Positions 12,430-26,529 are shown, counted from the whole stretch's first letter. The stretch is DNA of 63,771 nucleotides, filler included, from Licmophora abbreviata (GCA_900291995.1; 13 parts of 13 records of this genome joined end to end with filler, not necessarily neighbours in it), one strand, 5' to 3'. The notes: generated by a model not told the origin, from the sequence alone. Numbers and translations: made by a program.

Positions 12430-12786
12430 TATCTCTTATGTTGAATGTGCCCGCCAGTGCAACGGTTAACCTTTCACGTTTCCAAGCGACTGCCACGACA
12501 GTTCAAATCCTATCACTTTCAGGTGAACGATGATGCATATTGACGCTACTACACATTGAACCTGTTACCATAGCCGTTAGGAAAGTTACTGCTTTACAAG
12601 ATTGGGGCCACTTCAAGTAACATTTTGGTAGGAAGGAATTGGTTTCGTACCCCGTAAGTAGAAACGGTACCACAGTCTTGCGCGCCAAGAATTTAGCAAA
12701 CGTTCTCCTGTTTCCCGACCATTCTCTTCCAGACGTGAGAGACACAAATTGCAACATGCCGACACAATTGCACGGAACACTGCACC

Positions 12787-14020
12787 ATGTCGTCTGAAGA
12801 GACTCCCGGCGGAACCGGTCCTCCTACCAAGCGGCATTGCGCGAATCCTCCCCCGCAATTTGAATACTCCCGTCGTGAGCTCGAGTTTGCAGTAGGACGA
12901 TCGGTTCCGTTTCCCCGTGAACGGAACGAAAACGACGCACCACTGACCAAAGATTTCGATGCTGAATTAGCAGCTGCCCCAGATCCCTCGTCCTGTCCAA
13001 CACCGCCCGTTAACATTCTGGAAGCGCTTCCAACCGAACTGGTCGCAAAATGTTTCTATGGGGGATATGTGGACTCTCTGGCAGTCATTGGAAAGGTCAG
13101 CTGCGTCTCCAAGCGGACCGAAGCCATTGCTAAGCAGGCAGTCAAGTTTTTGGATCTTCGTTCGCTTGAAAACCTTACCCCGGAGCTTCTGCAGAATCTC
13201 GTCTCTAGATTCCACAATGTGTCCGAAGTGGATCTCACATACTGCTCCAAAGTGACTGGGGAGCACCTCTTAATGCTTGTCCCATGGTCCAAGACTCTCA
13301 AGCACCTCCGCCTAAAAGGCACGAACGTATCCAACGAGGATATCAACGTATACTTGGAGGCTGCGAGACAGCACCTCGAAGGCGAGCCTACTCGTCTCGA
13401 GGAAATCGATTTGAGTGCCAATAGTCGAGCTGGTAGTAACAAGATTGGAGACGGGGCAGTTGCGGCGATCGTGGTACGTCTTCGAATTGATGCATGCGCA
13501 GGCTTCCATGCACGAATGGGAATTTCAACTTGTCATCGCCCGACTCAACTTCCTCCCTCTCTCTGATGCTGTCCAGACCCACTGCCCCTATCTTCGCAGT
13601 CTTAAGCTCGGTTGGTGCAAGCAGGTCAAGGACACGTCCGTCTCTCGTTTGAAGAGTCTTTCATGCCTCACCACGCTTGATCTGTCCTTGACGTCAATGA
13701 CCGACGAAGGATGCCGCGCCCTCTTCACCATCAAGTCACTCAGACAACTAGATCTGAGCGCCACTCACATCGGGAGTCATGGTCTTCGTAATCTGTTTGT
13801 GGGAAGTCACCATGCCGAGCGGCCTCCGCAGCTCGCGACGCTCCACCTTCGGCACGTTCAGAACTACATTTCGTCCGAGAGTTTGGATCTTCTGGGTGCG
13901 ACGGCTGTTCCTTTGACCTACGTTAACGTGGAACACTCGAGCGCCGCCAAGCACACGTGTGTGCTACGAAAGTTGAAGCAGAAGGGCGCCGATGTGGTTG
14001 GAGCCAAATACTACGAATAG
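12787..14020 (+). CDS. F-box/leucine-rich repeat protein; intron 13474-13576
   Basis: F-box-like LEALPTELVAKCF. Cys-containing LRRs (LDLRSL, VDLTYCSKVT, LKLGWCKQV, LDLSLT). Confidence 0.8.
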
Positions 14021-14932
14021 CCACCACGATGCAGCCCAGACGCACGACGACGCCTATGGATGCCCTCGAATCTCGAGCGCCAAGAGTTTGAAACTTTGGA
14101 TCGCAAAAGGAGATGATCATCTCGCGTACTAGCATATTCTAGCTACGCGATTTTCCGGTACTCTAGACAAGTTGATCGATACGATCAGCGAAATGTGGCA
14201 ACACACAACAAGGATTGCGGGAGGAATGGGCTTATCATTCACCTCAGTTTTTCAGCCACCCACACTACATTAAAAAAAACACTTTGAACTTTATACCTGG
14301 TTCAGCGGATACTGTACTCTTACCGTTACATACTACTCTGTGTTGGATTTCTTACCTGGTAAGACTAAAGGTAGTGCCTTTACAAACCTGTCAGAGATAT
14401 ATCTACTTGTTGTTCCCGACTTTCAGTGAGGGGTACTGCACTAGCTCTTTTTCGACTTTTCTGTTTTCCTTCGGTTCATATCGATCCTTCGGAACGGGAT
14501 AATCGGTATTATGACACATAATATGTACTTTAAAAAGGATAGCGGCGAGTCCTAATGTACCTTTTTGTCTATATAATAACCTCATGGCCAAATAATATTC
14601 CCGAATAGTTACGCTGGAGCAATCCAGTTTGCGCTTGGATTTGGTCAACGCATGCGTTGAGCGACTACTCGGACTAACTCCTATTTAACAAGAGACACGT
14701 CTTCGCTGCTGATATTTCTTAAAAATCTTCAAAGTTGTACACGAAATATAGAGAATACTTAAAGCGCCCTTCGCGTCTGGCGATTCCACCTATGAACACT
14801 TTGATGCAGTCAACTCGCCCAATCCTCATCGCTCAACAACAACAGAGCTCCAAAAGGCGAAAGGTTGGCGAAACGGTCCCTGTCATTCCATCAATCTCCG
14901 TCGTCCTTTCGTTGCAAAGTTAGCCATCGACC

Positions 14933-17409
14933 ATGTTTCCTTTCTCTTTATCCCCGATTGGACGGATGCGCAGCAGCGGGTGTAAGATACGGAGCGATGG
15001 ATCGACTCAGCTGACGGCCATGTCGTCCAAGAGTTCTATGGCCGGATCGCTTCGAAACGGCGACTACGCGGTTCTGCGACAGAGCGTCGACGAAAAACGA
15101 AAGATTGTTCACGACTCTCGCTCGGCTTTTGCAATTTCTCTTGACCACTTGGGTGAGCACCATGTCCGACAAAAGGAATACGACGAGGCGATGGACGCTT
15201 TCGCTGAAGCACTTCACGAGAAGAGAAGCGTCTTCTCGCAGATCATACCGTCGTCACCGTCTTCGCAGAATCGCAGTAGGATCGATAGCAATGGGGATTC
15301 ATTGTTCGATCTTGACTCTTCTTCACCAGAGGAACAGGAGGAGCATGACCAGATTCTTGACGAGATTGTCAAGACGTTGCGAAACATGGGCAATGTCCAT
15401 TCTCTGAGGGGCGAACAGGACGAAGCTATGCGATACTTCTCAGAAGTTACTAGTCTGAAAGCCTCCAAAGCTGGAATTCGGGAGACTTCTTCCATAGGCT
15501 CAAATCAAAATGCTTCCTTCTCCGGCATGTGGGGTGACGAAGATACCTCAACGCTGATGAGTGAAATCAACGAAGACGTCAAAGCGCTGGATGACCTCTT
15601 TCGGAGCATCTCTTTCCGAAATGGCGATATTGGAACCGAACAAGGCAATTCTGTTCATCTCAAGCCTCTCTGTCCCTCCAAAGAGAATATTCGGAAACGA
15701 AGACGAAACAGTGATCTGCGTCTAACGGAAAGTGAGCCTTTCAAGCGATCGTCGTCTCTCGGCTCAAAGGATACGCGATGCTCCACCAACTCGACATCTA
15801 CTAGCACGGACATCGATCGGGCGCTGGGCACGTACCGACTCGTCCTCGACTCATATCAGGGTCCACTTCTTGACCAACACTTGGAGCAGTTAAATTCCTT
15901 TGTCCTCAGAGTTGATCTAATGAACCCATCGTCTCAGAAAAGCAGCAAGTCGTCACCGGAGGAGCTTCAACTCGCCCTCGATGTTTATGGACAAGTTTTG
16001 TCGGCCCAGAAGGAGAGCAGACAGCTACCAGTCCAAGATAGTGACGATGAACCAGATGCATCTGCAAACATTGCCTCTACATTAATTCGAATGGGCGGTC
16101 TTTTCTATAAACTCAGAGAGGACCTTGGCTCCGAGCTCAGGATGTATCAGGAGGCCAGGGAGGTGTACGAAACGGCCTACGGTGAGAGCCACCCCAATGT
16201 GGCGGGAACTATCAAGAACATTGGTATGGTTCTAGCTGAACGGGGCGAGTACGACGATGCACTCAAGAGTTTTGAGCAAGCACGCTCTCTTTACCTCAAG
16301 GTGAACAACGGGGACGACAACAATCGAGAAGTTGCCAGCACAATCTCATGTATGGGCAACGTGTACAACCGGCGAGGCGAACTCGACGCAGCCCTCGACC
16401 ACTACACAAGAGCTCTTCGGATCTACACATTGATTCAAGAAAGACTGCAGTCTGAACAAGGAAGTGATCTCAATCCCGATACAGCGAGCGGGGATGTAGC
16501 ATCCACTTTAAAGATCATGGAGTCGTTCATGCCAAGAAGGGATGCAGCGACAAAGCCCTTGAAAACTTCACAGCATCACTGAATATTCTGAAATCATCTG
16601 ATTTCCACAGCTCTGACTCCAGCAAGGAGACCACCGCGTCGGTCTTGACAAGGATTGCGGGAATCCACTTCAAAAGGGGGGAGCTCGACAAGTCGATGGC
16701 ACACTACCGCGAAGCATACGAGAAGCTGGTGGAAGTACACGGTGCTACTCATCCGGATGTTGCCAGCATTCTCCACTACATGGGTTCCATTCAGCACCGA
16801 CGCAAGGATTATAGCGATGCTATGACGTGCTACCAAGAAGCGGTTCGAATCTATCATTCGACTCTGGGTCCCGGAAACCCAGCAGTTGCCGCCACGTTGG
16901 TCTGTATTGGATCCATCCATTACAAGCAACGCAGCTTGGACAGCGCGATGATGTTTTACAGGGAAGCGCTTCGATTGAACCGTGACGCCTACGGTCTCCA
17001 CCACCCGGACGTGGCACCAACCCTCAAGAGCATCGGGACCATCCTAACCAAGCAAGGCACCTACGACGAAGCCTACGATGTTTTCCGGGACGTGCTCAGT
17101 ATCAAGTGCACTGTTCACGGGACGGATCATCCTGAAGTGGCCAACGCCTACAAGAGTCTAGGGAACGTTCACTATAAGCGCGGCGAGCTGAGCGACGCCG
17201 AACGAAGCTACAGGCATGCACTCAGAATTTTAAGACGGACGAGGGGCGAGAGTCATCAGGATACCGTGAGTGCGAGAAAGTCCATCGACCACATTCGGTA
17301 CTGGATGAAGGAAAGGGGACAACAAGATCAATCGGAGCGAAGGAACGCGAAAAACTCCAAGCGGGGGGAGCATGGACGGTGGGCGAATTCTGTGGATGAG
17401 CAAAGCTAG
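14933..17409 (+). CDS. TPR-repeat protein (kinesin light chain/nephrocystin-3-like); apparent -1 frameshift near 16518
   Basis: Repeated HPDVA...MG.VH TPR units. KI-(I)-GVVHAKKG is restored by adding one base, joining ORFs 14933-16582 and 16645-17409. Confidence 0.85.
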
Positions 17410-17689
17410 AGAAGCGGTAATGATGATTGATTGGAGAAACGGAATGGGCTTGCTTTCGGGCTTTCAGCAATCGAATTCGCGCTATTATCTCATTACTACT
17501 AGCAGTAGTTTCCTTAATGACAAACGTGAATGCTGCAAAGTCACCCTTAGCTACCACTGCTGGAGGATCAAATCTGATCAGTCTGGTCCTAGCAAGGTGA
17601 CGCCCAGGTCTAAGCAGGGGATATGGACGTCTCGAGCAATGAAGTCTGGGTCGTCAGCAAGTTAGCACCCATCCGGTCTCCGCCTCTCG

Positions 17690-18007
17690 TTATACCATTT
17701 CAACGTATTCATTCTGCCGTGCCGATGAAGGTGGGGGGACACTATCAGCTTCTTTCCGAGGTTCCATGGGGAGTTCAAAGGAATTTAGCTCCTGTTTTGC
17801 GTCAGCACTCAAGATGACGAAGTCTCGTCTACCTCGTATCCGTTCAACTACCTGCGACACGCCGTACCCAATGACACCCAAGAGCAGTGCAACAAAGATA
17901 AAAGCCAAGAAACTGCTCTTGTCCTCTGCCTGCTGCTCAAGCTCAGCGGTCGCGGACTGGTCTACCAGCTCGTCCAGACGACGAACAAGACCTTCGGCAG
18001 TTCCCAT
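17690..18007 (-). CDS. Small single-pass membrane protein
   Basis: ATG 18007, RRL motif and TM segment FLAFIFVALLLGVIGYGV. Confidence 0.5.
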   Translation of the reverse strand: MGTAEGLVRRLDELVDQSATAELEQQAEDKSSFLAFIFVALLLGVIGYGVSQVVERIRGRRDFVILSADAKQELNSFELPMEPRKEADSVPPPSSARQNEYVEMV

Positions 18008-18409
18008 GATCAAATTTAAGAGTGGTGTCACAGTCAGGCCAGCAGTTGCGGTGTCTTTTCCAGTCCCCACTTTTCACTTTTGCGGCTCTAGAGGGCTGAG
18101 AAAGGAGGCACGGCAGCGGGACGACGAGTCAACACGACAACAATTGAAGTGTACACGAAACGCGATGAGGTCAACGGTCAACTCACGGATACGTACCAAG
18201 AGTCAGTCGATGTGGTCGATGGCTATGTGAATTTCCGAATTTCCTGGACATCGTACGACGTACGTACGGTCAGTTCTGACTCCTATTATGATACACTTCC
18301 AACGAAAGCAAGAGTATTCCGTCTGATCGTGACAATGGAAACGTGAGCTAAACACAGTCAATTGTTACGATGCCGCTTGCGCAACAACCTTCTGACCCCC
18401 CTGATGGCG

Positions 18410-19531
18410 TCACTGTCGACCAGATCTCGATCGCTCGCTTGAGGTGGTCTTCTCGTCTTTGCTGCCACCATATCCAAACTTTCTTTGTTTCCTCGTTACT
18501 TCTTCTCTCAGTTGCGGAACGATCTCGTCAAAGGTTGGGCGCACCTCGGGATCGCGATCCCATGCCTGCTGAATCATTTTTTGAATTAGTATTGATCCAC
18601 TCTTGGCATCGACCTTGGGTCTCAAATTTCCTTCTACGGCATGCTCGTAGTGTTCCTGCGCCGTCATGCCATCAAACGGAATCTTTAGGGAACCCACCTC
18701 CCACAGAAACATGGCAAAACTGAACACATCAGCCGACAGGCCGTAATGCCCCCCCAATGCCACCTCGGGTGCCATATACAGTGGTGATCCTGTGTTTGCC
18801 GTCAATAACTTGTCTGTAGGCTTTACTAACCTTGCCAATCCAAAGTCAAAGAGTTTGACTCCTCCTTCCGAAGTCAATCCGACATTTCCGGGTTTCAAAT
18901 CGCGAAAGAGAACATTTTTTCTGTGCAGGTATGCCATGGCACGGGCAATGGGAACGGAAACAGTATCAAGCCGTTCGTAGAGACGTCGTTTCTGAGCATC
19001 AGACAAATTTCCCCGCAGTTTCTTGACGACACTGGATTGCTGCTTGACCACGTGATCGTCTTGCCAGCGCCACTTTCGTATTTGTTCTTCCAGAGTACCA
19101 TATAGTCGATCAAGTATGAGAAAATAAGGTAAACCATTCAAATAGGAAGCCTCCATGCTTCCTGTTGCGTGGAGCCGGATCATGTTTTCGTGTTGTAGCT
19201 GAGACAACATTTTGTATTCCACTACGAGGTCCTTTGCTCCAGCATCGAATGTCTCCTTTCGCGACATGATGCCATGCCGCAAGTACTTGATGGCGTATTC
19301 CTGTTCTTCCGAGGAATCTGTATCACGAGCCTTTTTCAAAATCACCTCATTAACATCATTGAAACCACCCTCTCCCAACAACTCTCCTACCTCCACGTCG
19401 TCCCACGTGATTTCGGGGAAAGTGCTGCATGCGAGCACAGAAGAAGCAGCTCGATCAAGGTCTTGAATCTTCTTTCTCGCTTGTTCTGCAGCGCTTTTCG
19501 CCAAGTCTGGTTCAATCCTACGTCGAATCAT
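18410..19531 (-). CDS. Ser/Thr protein kinase (TKL-like)
   Basis: LGEGGF, YAIK, FRDLKPGN, DFG, GSPLYMAPE and DVFSF motifs. Confidence 0.95.
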   Translation of the reverse strand: MIRRRIEPDLAKSAAEQARKKIQDLDRAASSVLACSTFPEITWDDVEVGELLGEGGFNDVNEVILKKARDTDSSEEQEYAIKYLRHGIMSRKETFDAGAKDLVVEYKMLSQLQHENMIRLHATGSMEASYLNGLPYFLILDRLYGTLEEQIRKWRWQDDHVVKQQSSVVKKLRGNLSDAQKRRLYERLDTVSVPIARAMAYLHRKNVLFRDLKPGNVGLTSEGGVKLFDFGLARLVKPTDKLLTANTGSPLYMAPEVALGGHYGLSADVFSFAMFLWEVGSLKIPFDGMTAQEHYEHAVEGNLRPKVDAKSGSILIQKMIQQAWDRDPEVRPTFDEIVPQLREEVTRKQRKFGYGGSKDEKTTSSERSRSGRQ

Positions 19532-19862
19532 TCTGTGCGTTCTGCTCTCTTCTTGTGTTCATTGACGTGACAGCGACAACAACAACTTCAACAGCTGACT
19601 GCGTGACCAACAGTTTCATAATAACGGAGCGGATGTTTCTTTTCTTCTCAAAATTCTCAAGCCAAGTTTTGGTTTTGCGCGCTGGCCCGCTTGTCAGGGT
19701 TGAGTCAATTGAGTCGTATCATGAATGGACGCCTCACAGACGGAATCAATCCCTCTCATTGATTGAATTCGACGGCGGTCAGCCGTCGACGATGACAGCC
19801 ACAAGCCACAGGGGTACGGCGCGAGAGATCTTTTTGCCGAGAGCATTCCATCTTCCGCCACG

Positions 19863-21746
19863 ATGGCCCATCCCAATCCATTCTCGATCCCCATCCACTC
19901 GACACTGGAATCGAATCATGCGTCCCATGGTTTGCGACATGACGATTTCAAGCAGTATCATGCGTACTGCACTCGTCGACTCAGTCGTCTCCGCCACGCG
20001 CGGCCTGTACGACGGGACTTGGTGCATTCGGCCACGTACGTATCGGGGCACAAGATGAAACGGAACGCGTATTGTGCTCGGAACTGGAATAAGAAGAACA
20101 TTGAGCTAGCCATAGAAGAAACGGAAGAAGAAAAAGAGGAGGAGGGTACGAAAGATACGGCTCCAGCCGTTCACCACGAGAACTTTCTTTGGGTAGTCTT
20201 GGTGGGAGCGGAGCGTGCGTGGGCTCAATCTTGTGAGCTCAAGGCTCTGCTCTCTCAATCTTCCGCTTCATCGGATGGGTTTGCTGCACAGCATGAAAAG
20301 GGACGCAGCTCTCCAGGAAAGATTCGACAGCATGCATTGCGCCGGCTGAAGCGTGCCTCTCGGCTGGCGACGGAACTGGTCGATCTGGTGGAGTCTGTGG
20401 GCGACGAGCGGACCAAGGATGAAGTCAAGGCGTATGCTGGATGGATGAACGGTAACTATGCACTTGAAGTTGGAAACTGGAAAGTGAGTGTCGGCAACGA
20501 GATGTTCTAGTTTTCCGAACTTATCTGCAAGCGACTCACTCCGTTTTTTTATCACCCTACAGTCTGCTTGCGAGAACTATGGCATTGCCATCTCCACTTG
20601 TCTCGCTTTGAGTCGATCCTCGGAAGGTGAAGACCAGTTGGAAATGCGCGACTTGTTCACCGCCCGAGTGGACAATGTCCTGAAGCCGCTTCTTCGCTAC
20701 TGCCAGTACGAGTATCGTGAAGTGGGAGGCACGCCACCGGACATGGAACAACAGCCATCGGACGACAGCCACGGGGTCGCCAGTCCCACGAAAGCATCTG
20801 GTGGAGGAGCGTCGATTCAGTTTCGCGGGCAGACGGTCCCCGTGGAAAATAAGAATCTGCGCGTTCTCTTGCTCAAGTTGGACGCCTTGACGGAGTCCAG
20901 CAATTCGGACGACGATGAGAAGTTCGTCGCTCTACTGAGTACTTACGACGACGCTGTCGCCATTGTCAGTGCGGACCTCAAAAACTACCTGTCCATGAAA
21001 GCCGGACCGGCGGTAAACAAGAAACGAACCGAAATGGAGAGTCTAATGGGATACGTCACGTATTCCAAGTTACAATTGGAAATGAAACGCAGCGAAGACA
21101 TGGTGAATCAGTTACGGGAGGAGTCGTCCACTTCATACGCGGAGATTGCGCACTTGTATGATGCTCTCTTGCAGGAGGCGCGTGTCGTCGGTACTCTACC
21201 TGGGGCTTTGCCGGATTCAGAAGAGGACGAGTTTGTCCTGGAGGCGAATGCGAATGTGTTGCGCCTCCGCGCTTGGCGTTGCTACTATGCAGGTCTGCTG
21301 TATATGGAGTCGACAAGATCAGCAGAAGCCATGGCGTTGTGGAAGCAAGCCTTGCTGCTGGCATCTCGTGCCTCGGAAGAGATTGCCGCTTGCGAAGACA
21401 TGCTGCGTGGAGACGAACATTTGGAAGGATTGGACACGTTATCTGTTGGTATTCATGGCGCCCTCTGTCGTGCCAAGGCGCAAGCCTACCTGGCAAAGAC
21501 AGAAGGAGTAGCGGTGGCACGTCGTCATCGAATCGCAGTCTCCTTCTTCGTCTCGATGAGTTCGACGGAGGCAAGACTCTGGTGGATGTGCCGCCGGCAA
21601 CGATCCCGCTGCCGTGCAAGCCTGCGTTCTTTGATGTGGCATGGAACCATGTCAGCGCATTTCCTATCGACAAGCTACAGCAGCATATCGAAGATAACAA
21701 GCCCCAACAAAGCCGTGGACTTCTTGGCTGGTTACGCAGCGGCTAG
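19863..21746 (+). CDS. SRP68: Signal recognition particle subunit SRP68; intron 20484-20562; apparent frameshift near 21507
   Basis: HGLRHDDFKQYHAYCTRRLSRLR, AERAWA, RLKRA and LRYCQY motifs. The C-terminal PCKPAFFDVA and GLLGW lie in the next frame. Confidence 0.92.
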
Positions 21747-21853
21747 TCACGTTATGAAATATAAGCAGAAAATTGTACTATGAACCAAGACTACTTCAAG
21801 CGTTCTACCAATGACTCGAATACAAAGGATCCCATTCACACCATATCGCTCCT

Positions 21854-22916
21854 TCACTCATCGCTACTTGCTTTGGCGGTCTCGGACTCGTCCTTCTCCT
21901 TGGTCGCTTCCTTTTCTTCCTTCTTTTTCTCCTTCGATTCCTTTTTGACAACGCCATTCTCGATCTTCATTTTCTTTCCGAGCTTCTTCTCAATCACCTC
22001 CTTCTCAATCTTGGCCGCCGTTTCCTTCATCTTTCCCTTGACCTGATCTGCAACTTCATCAATCTCGTCTCTCAGATCTGCCTGAGCAATCTGTTCCACT
22101 TGCTTGACGTCCTCTTTGATGTTCTTTGTTTTGATGCCAACATCTTCGTCTTCCTCTACCACATCCTCGATTTCATCCGCTTTGTTATCTGCCAGTGCGT
22201 CCGCCTTCTGGTGCAGCTCTTCCTGGACTTGGTCCTCAAGCTTTGCGGCAATCTCATCTGCGATCTCCTCCAACTCCTCGTCGGACACGTCGTCGGAGTC
22301 GCCGAATAAACGCCCAAGCCCAATCTTGACCAAGTCGTTCATTTTTTCATGGCTCCTTTGAGCAAGTTCTGGTTGGCTTGGATCTCTTCCTCTTCGACCT
22401 CATCAATGTCCATAATGGCCTCCGATATGGTCTCCTCCAATGTATTACCCTCTTCTAAGGACGGAGTGATGTACGTCGTCTCCTCGTAGCCGTCATCATC
22501 TGTCGCATCAGCATCGATGGTCTTTTCATCGTCAGTGTAGAAGTCATCGTCCAGCTGAGGGGGCTCGTACTTATAGGGAGAGGCATCAGTGTCAACAGCA
22601 GGAGCGCTTCCTCGAAGTGCCGTCGTGTTCTCACCCGTTGTCTTCTTCTTGGGCGGTTCACCCTCTCCCTCACCACCGAACAAGACAAGGGCGGCAATGG
22701 AAAAGAGAATAAAGACACCTAGGCGTCGAACACTGCAAGCAATGGGCATAAAGTGTGTATATAGATACGCAAGTGAGACACGAGACTTCGATGGAATCTG
22801 AGAGCAAGAATTCCGGATCAGCTTCTCACTCGTCTCTCTCATTGAACCACTTACGTGCAGATGGATCCGCCTGCCTTTCGACCGGTCGCATAAATGTTAG
22901 AGGTGCTTCGTCCCAT
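21854..22916 (-). CDS. Acidic type II membrane protein of unknown function; intron 22733-22854; homopolymer frameshift near 22345
   Basis: Exon 1 MGRSTSNIYATGRKAGGSIC splices to TVRRLGVFILFSIAALVLFG (TM), followed by an Asp/Glu-rich helical region. One extra A joins it to ORF 21854-22342. Confidence 0.65.
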
Positions 22917-23264
22917 GGTCTTTCTCCCTCTTTCCAAGACAAGACGTTTCGATTTTGTGACCTCGGTGATGAACAACCGTTGGGCCTAATGACCGTCATT
23001 TGGTCTGTCAATCAGTCCATCGCAATGCCTTTCTGTAGATTGTGTACTGATATGTGAGTACGTACAAATACTACTGAATATTACGTACATGGACTTGCGA
23101 AAAGCAAGGAGAAAACAAAACCGGTCGACTCAAAACTGAAATCGAATCAAATCCGCTTTGGGGTCATGGTACATCCACGACGACCGATCTCTGTTTTATC
23201 ATATTATATATACACAGGACGCTCGTCTTCTTGATTGCGGTAGTACTATCTGGTCTCAAGAAAC

Positions 23265-26200
23265 ATGGCGTCGTGGGGCAATTGGTTGGAAAAAGGAAAG
23301 CAGCTGGCGGCCACAATTGACCAGCAGCTCAATGAATCCGTCGGAATTGACTCATCGCACGAAACAGCGGCGGCGAAGGATGACGATGATCAGCTGAACG
23401 ATGCCTGGAACGATGATTTCATGGACGACGATGATAATAATGATAATCTACCATCGGGTCCCATGTCAGCCATTCCAGAAACTTCAGACGAAAACCAAAA
23501 AGAAGAAACGCAAAATGAATGGAATCAAGCAGATGAGGAGACTTTGGTGCTGGATCAGAGTACTACTCCTCATCAGGAAAAGTCACATCCTGCACCACTA
23601 TTTCAGGAAACCATGATGACTGCCTCGCCTGATTCCTTCCAGGAAGAACCTCCCGTCGTCGATCTTGTCACTACTTTGGAGGAGGAAACCACTACTGCTG
23701 ATTTGCCGTCCGAGCCTGCAATGGTTGTGATGCCAGAAGCACCCCCGCCTGCCGAGTCACCGAAACCACCATCACCCGAGCCCACCACTCCGGTAGAAAT
23801 ATTGGAGCCTGCAAAGGAAGTCGAACCACCTGTCCCAAAACCTCCCGTTTCACCTGAATCAGAGCCACTGAACTCCGAACCGGAAGAGCCTGTTGTTGCC
23901 GAGCCTCAGCCAGAGCCCGCGGAACCAGCGCCCGTTGAAGTGGAACCGACGGCCGCGGTGGTGACGCCAGCACCGCTTCCCTCGGACTCCGAGCCGTCGG
24001 TTGTTTCCATACCACCACCTCCAGAACCGTCAGAAAACCAGGCGAACGAAGCGGGGTGGGAGGAAGATATATACGTCGAGGAGGAAGACGAGGAAGAGGC
24101 TCCGGTGCACGACCAAGATGCGGGTGTAGCAAGCGACGAGCCTCCTGTGTTAGAAAAGGAAAACAACGCACCAACAATGTTGGTAGAAGAGCATTTTGAG
24201 CCGTCTCTGCAATCGTCCACCGAGCCTACTGAACCTCCAGTTCCAGCCGAGGAGCATCCAGGCGCTGACCCAAATCACTCCGCAACGAACGGCATAGAGT
24301 ACGAGAAAGCTCAGGAGCAATGGAACGAAGAAAAGCAACAGTTGCAGGAAGAGCACGACACGGCAATGGCCGTCATTCAGTCGCAGATGGATGACTTGCA
24401 GATGCAACTTCGACAGAGAGAAGAACAATTGGAATCTAAAATGGAACAATTCATGACCATGCAAGCCATGATGGAGAGTGAGAAAGAAGAATTGCAGCGC
24501 AAGGTTGCAGAGACCAAGGATGAAGCCAAGAAGCGCATTCTCAAAGCCAAGGAACGCGTCGAAACTATGGAACGACGGATGAACGATACCGTCGCTTCTG
24601 CTGGAAATGATAGCGGAGAGCAGGAGAAACTCATCTCGGCTCTGAGAGATGAGGGCCAGAACTTGGCGCGCAAGCAGAGCGAAATGGAGAAGGCAGTGCG
24701 AGCGGCCAAGAGCGAAACACGTGAGCTATCAGCACTACTCGAAGCAGAAACTAGCCAAAAGGATAAGGGCTTGGAGAAGATTTCTGCTCTCGAAGCCGAA
24801 TTGAAACAATGCAAGGAAGACCTATCGGCGGCACGTCGCGGAGAAAGCCAAGCTGGAAAGTTAGAGGCTGATTTGGCTTCAGCTCGGGAAGACGGGCAGC
24901 TCAAGGCGGCTGCCAATCTCGTACTTGAGCAACAGGTCAAGGAGCTCATGGCTGAAACAAAAGAGTTGAGGCAGGAAGTCGAAGATGCCAAGCGTGGGGC
25001 CGCTCTCGAAAACCAGATGGAGTCTAAAAAGATAAAGAAGGAGCACGGAAATCTCCTTTCCGACTTGGAGGCAAAGCTTCATACAAGCGAGCGCGAAGCG
25101 GGCTTGCGAGAAGACGCTCTCCGACNNNNNNNNNNNNNNNNNNNNNNNNNNNNNNNNNNNNNNNNNNNNTTAATTAATTAANNNNNNNNNNNNNNNNNNN
25201 NNNNNNNNNNNNNNNNNNNNNNNNNTGGCAAGATGCCGTTCGACGAGCAGATGGTATGTGACGACTGTCCGGACAGACAACGGGGTGCTCCCTTTTTGTA
25301 ACATTTTTCTTACACCAACATGTACTTTCTATGCTTTCTTTGCCAGCGCTGAGTATGGACGTACAGCAGAGCACAGCTCCACTGCTGCGCCAGCTGGAAA
25401 GCATGGAACGACAGAATAGGGCGCGAGCCGCTGCCTCTGCAGAGCTAGAGACGAAGTTGAGATCCGAGCTAGAAGAGAATGTCATTGAAAATGAAGCATT
25501 GGCCAAAGAACGAAACGAATTGAAAGCAAGCAGCAATCGCCTCCAGAGAATGGTGAAGGAGCGCGACGAGGAGTTGTCCTCTGGCAGGTCTACCATGGAC
25601 GAGCAAGCAGACAAGTTGAAACACTTTGAGAAAAAGCATTCCGAAATGGAAAGCGAACGACAAAAGTTAAAGGAAGAGTACAATGAAATCGAAAAGCTGG
25701 CGAACGAAGGTGTGTCCAAGGTGCGAAGTGACATGATGAAAACTGTTGTGGAGACGGAAGAGCGATATCGAACACAGCTGCAGTCTGCAGAGAAAGAGCT
25801 TCAGGAGGAGCGCGAAAAGCGTTCTCAACTTGAGCGGCAGGTCGAGCAGATGCTGGAGAATACTGGCGCGATGCCTCTGCTAAGTCCAGAGCCCTCCATG
25901 CCACGTGAAGTCATGGAAAAGAAGCTTCGATCAACGACCGGTCAAGCCGAGATTCTGGCGAGCACTCTGACAGGCATAGGCAGTGACGACGAAGACGATG
26001 AAGACGTTGAGGAAAGAGTTAACCAGAACATCGAAACACCTACATCTGGTGGGTTCGCAGCAATGGAGCAGCTGAGCCAGCGCCTCAAAGGCGCCATGGT
26101 CGAGCTTGAAGCGTTACGAAAGCAGCTGGCCGAATCCGAAAAGACACGCGAGAGCCTGGTGGAGGAATTAAGTGAAACGCGGCAGGCGCGTGAGAAGCTG

Positions 26201-26446
26201 CCGCTGTTTGAAGCCAAGGTGAAAGAACTGGCCGAGAGCAACACAGAAAAAGAACTTGAGCTGCTGGGTCTCCGCGAAGATATTGGTGAAGTACGACACC
26301 TGTATCGAACTCAGCTGAATGGACTGCTGGAGGAAAAGGCCGCTGCCCTTGAGAAGGAGGCAATGAATGGCGACGCGGGAACGACAGAGGAGGCGCCACC
26401 GAGAGACGAAGAGATACCAGCATCGGCAGAGGAGGCAGAATCCTAG
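23265..26446 (+). CDS. TMF1: TMF1/Sgm1-type golgin (TATA element modulatory factor); spans spacer 2; intron 25254-25346
   Basis: MASWGNW start, Pro/Glu-rich region and long coiled coil with LRDEGQNLARKQ, STAPLLRQLESM and LREDIGEVRHLYRTQL. Confidence 0.85.
25126..25225. other. Artificial scaffold spacer
   Basis: Same N/TTAATTAATTAA/N linker. Confidence 0.98.
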
Positions 26447-26529
26447 TGATTTCCTAAACATATCTCTCTTCTGTACTGTAGTTTGTTTCTGCCCGCGGCT
26501 TGTGCCCACCGGTATCGCAAGTTTCCGGC

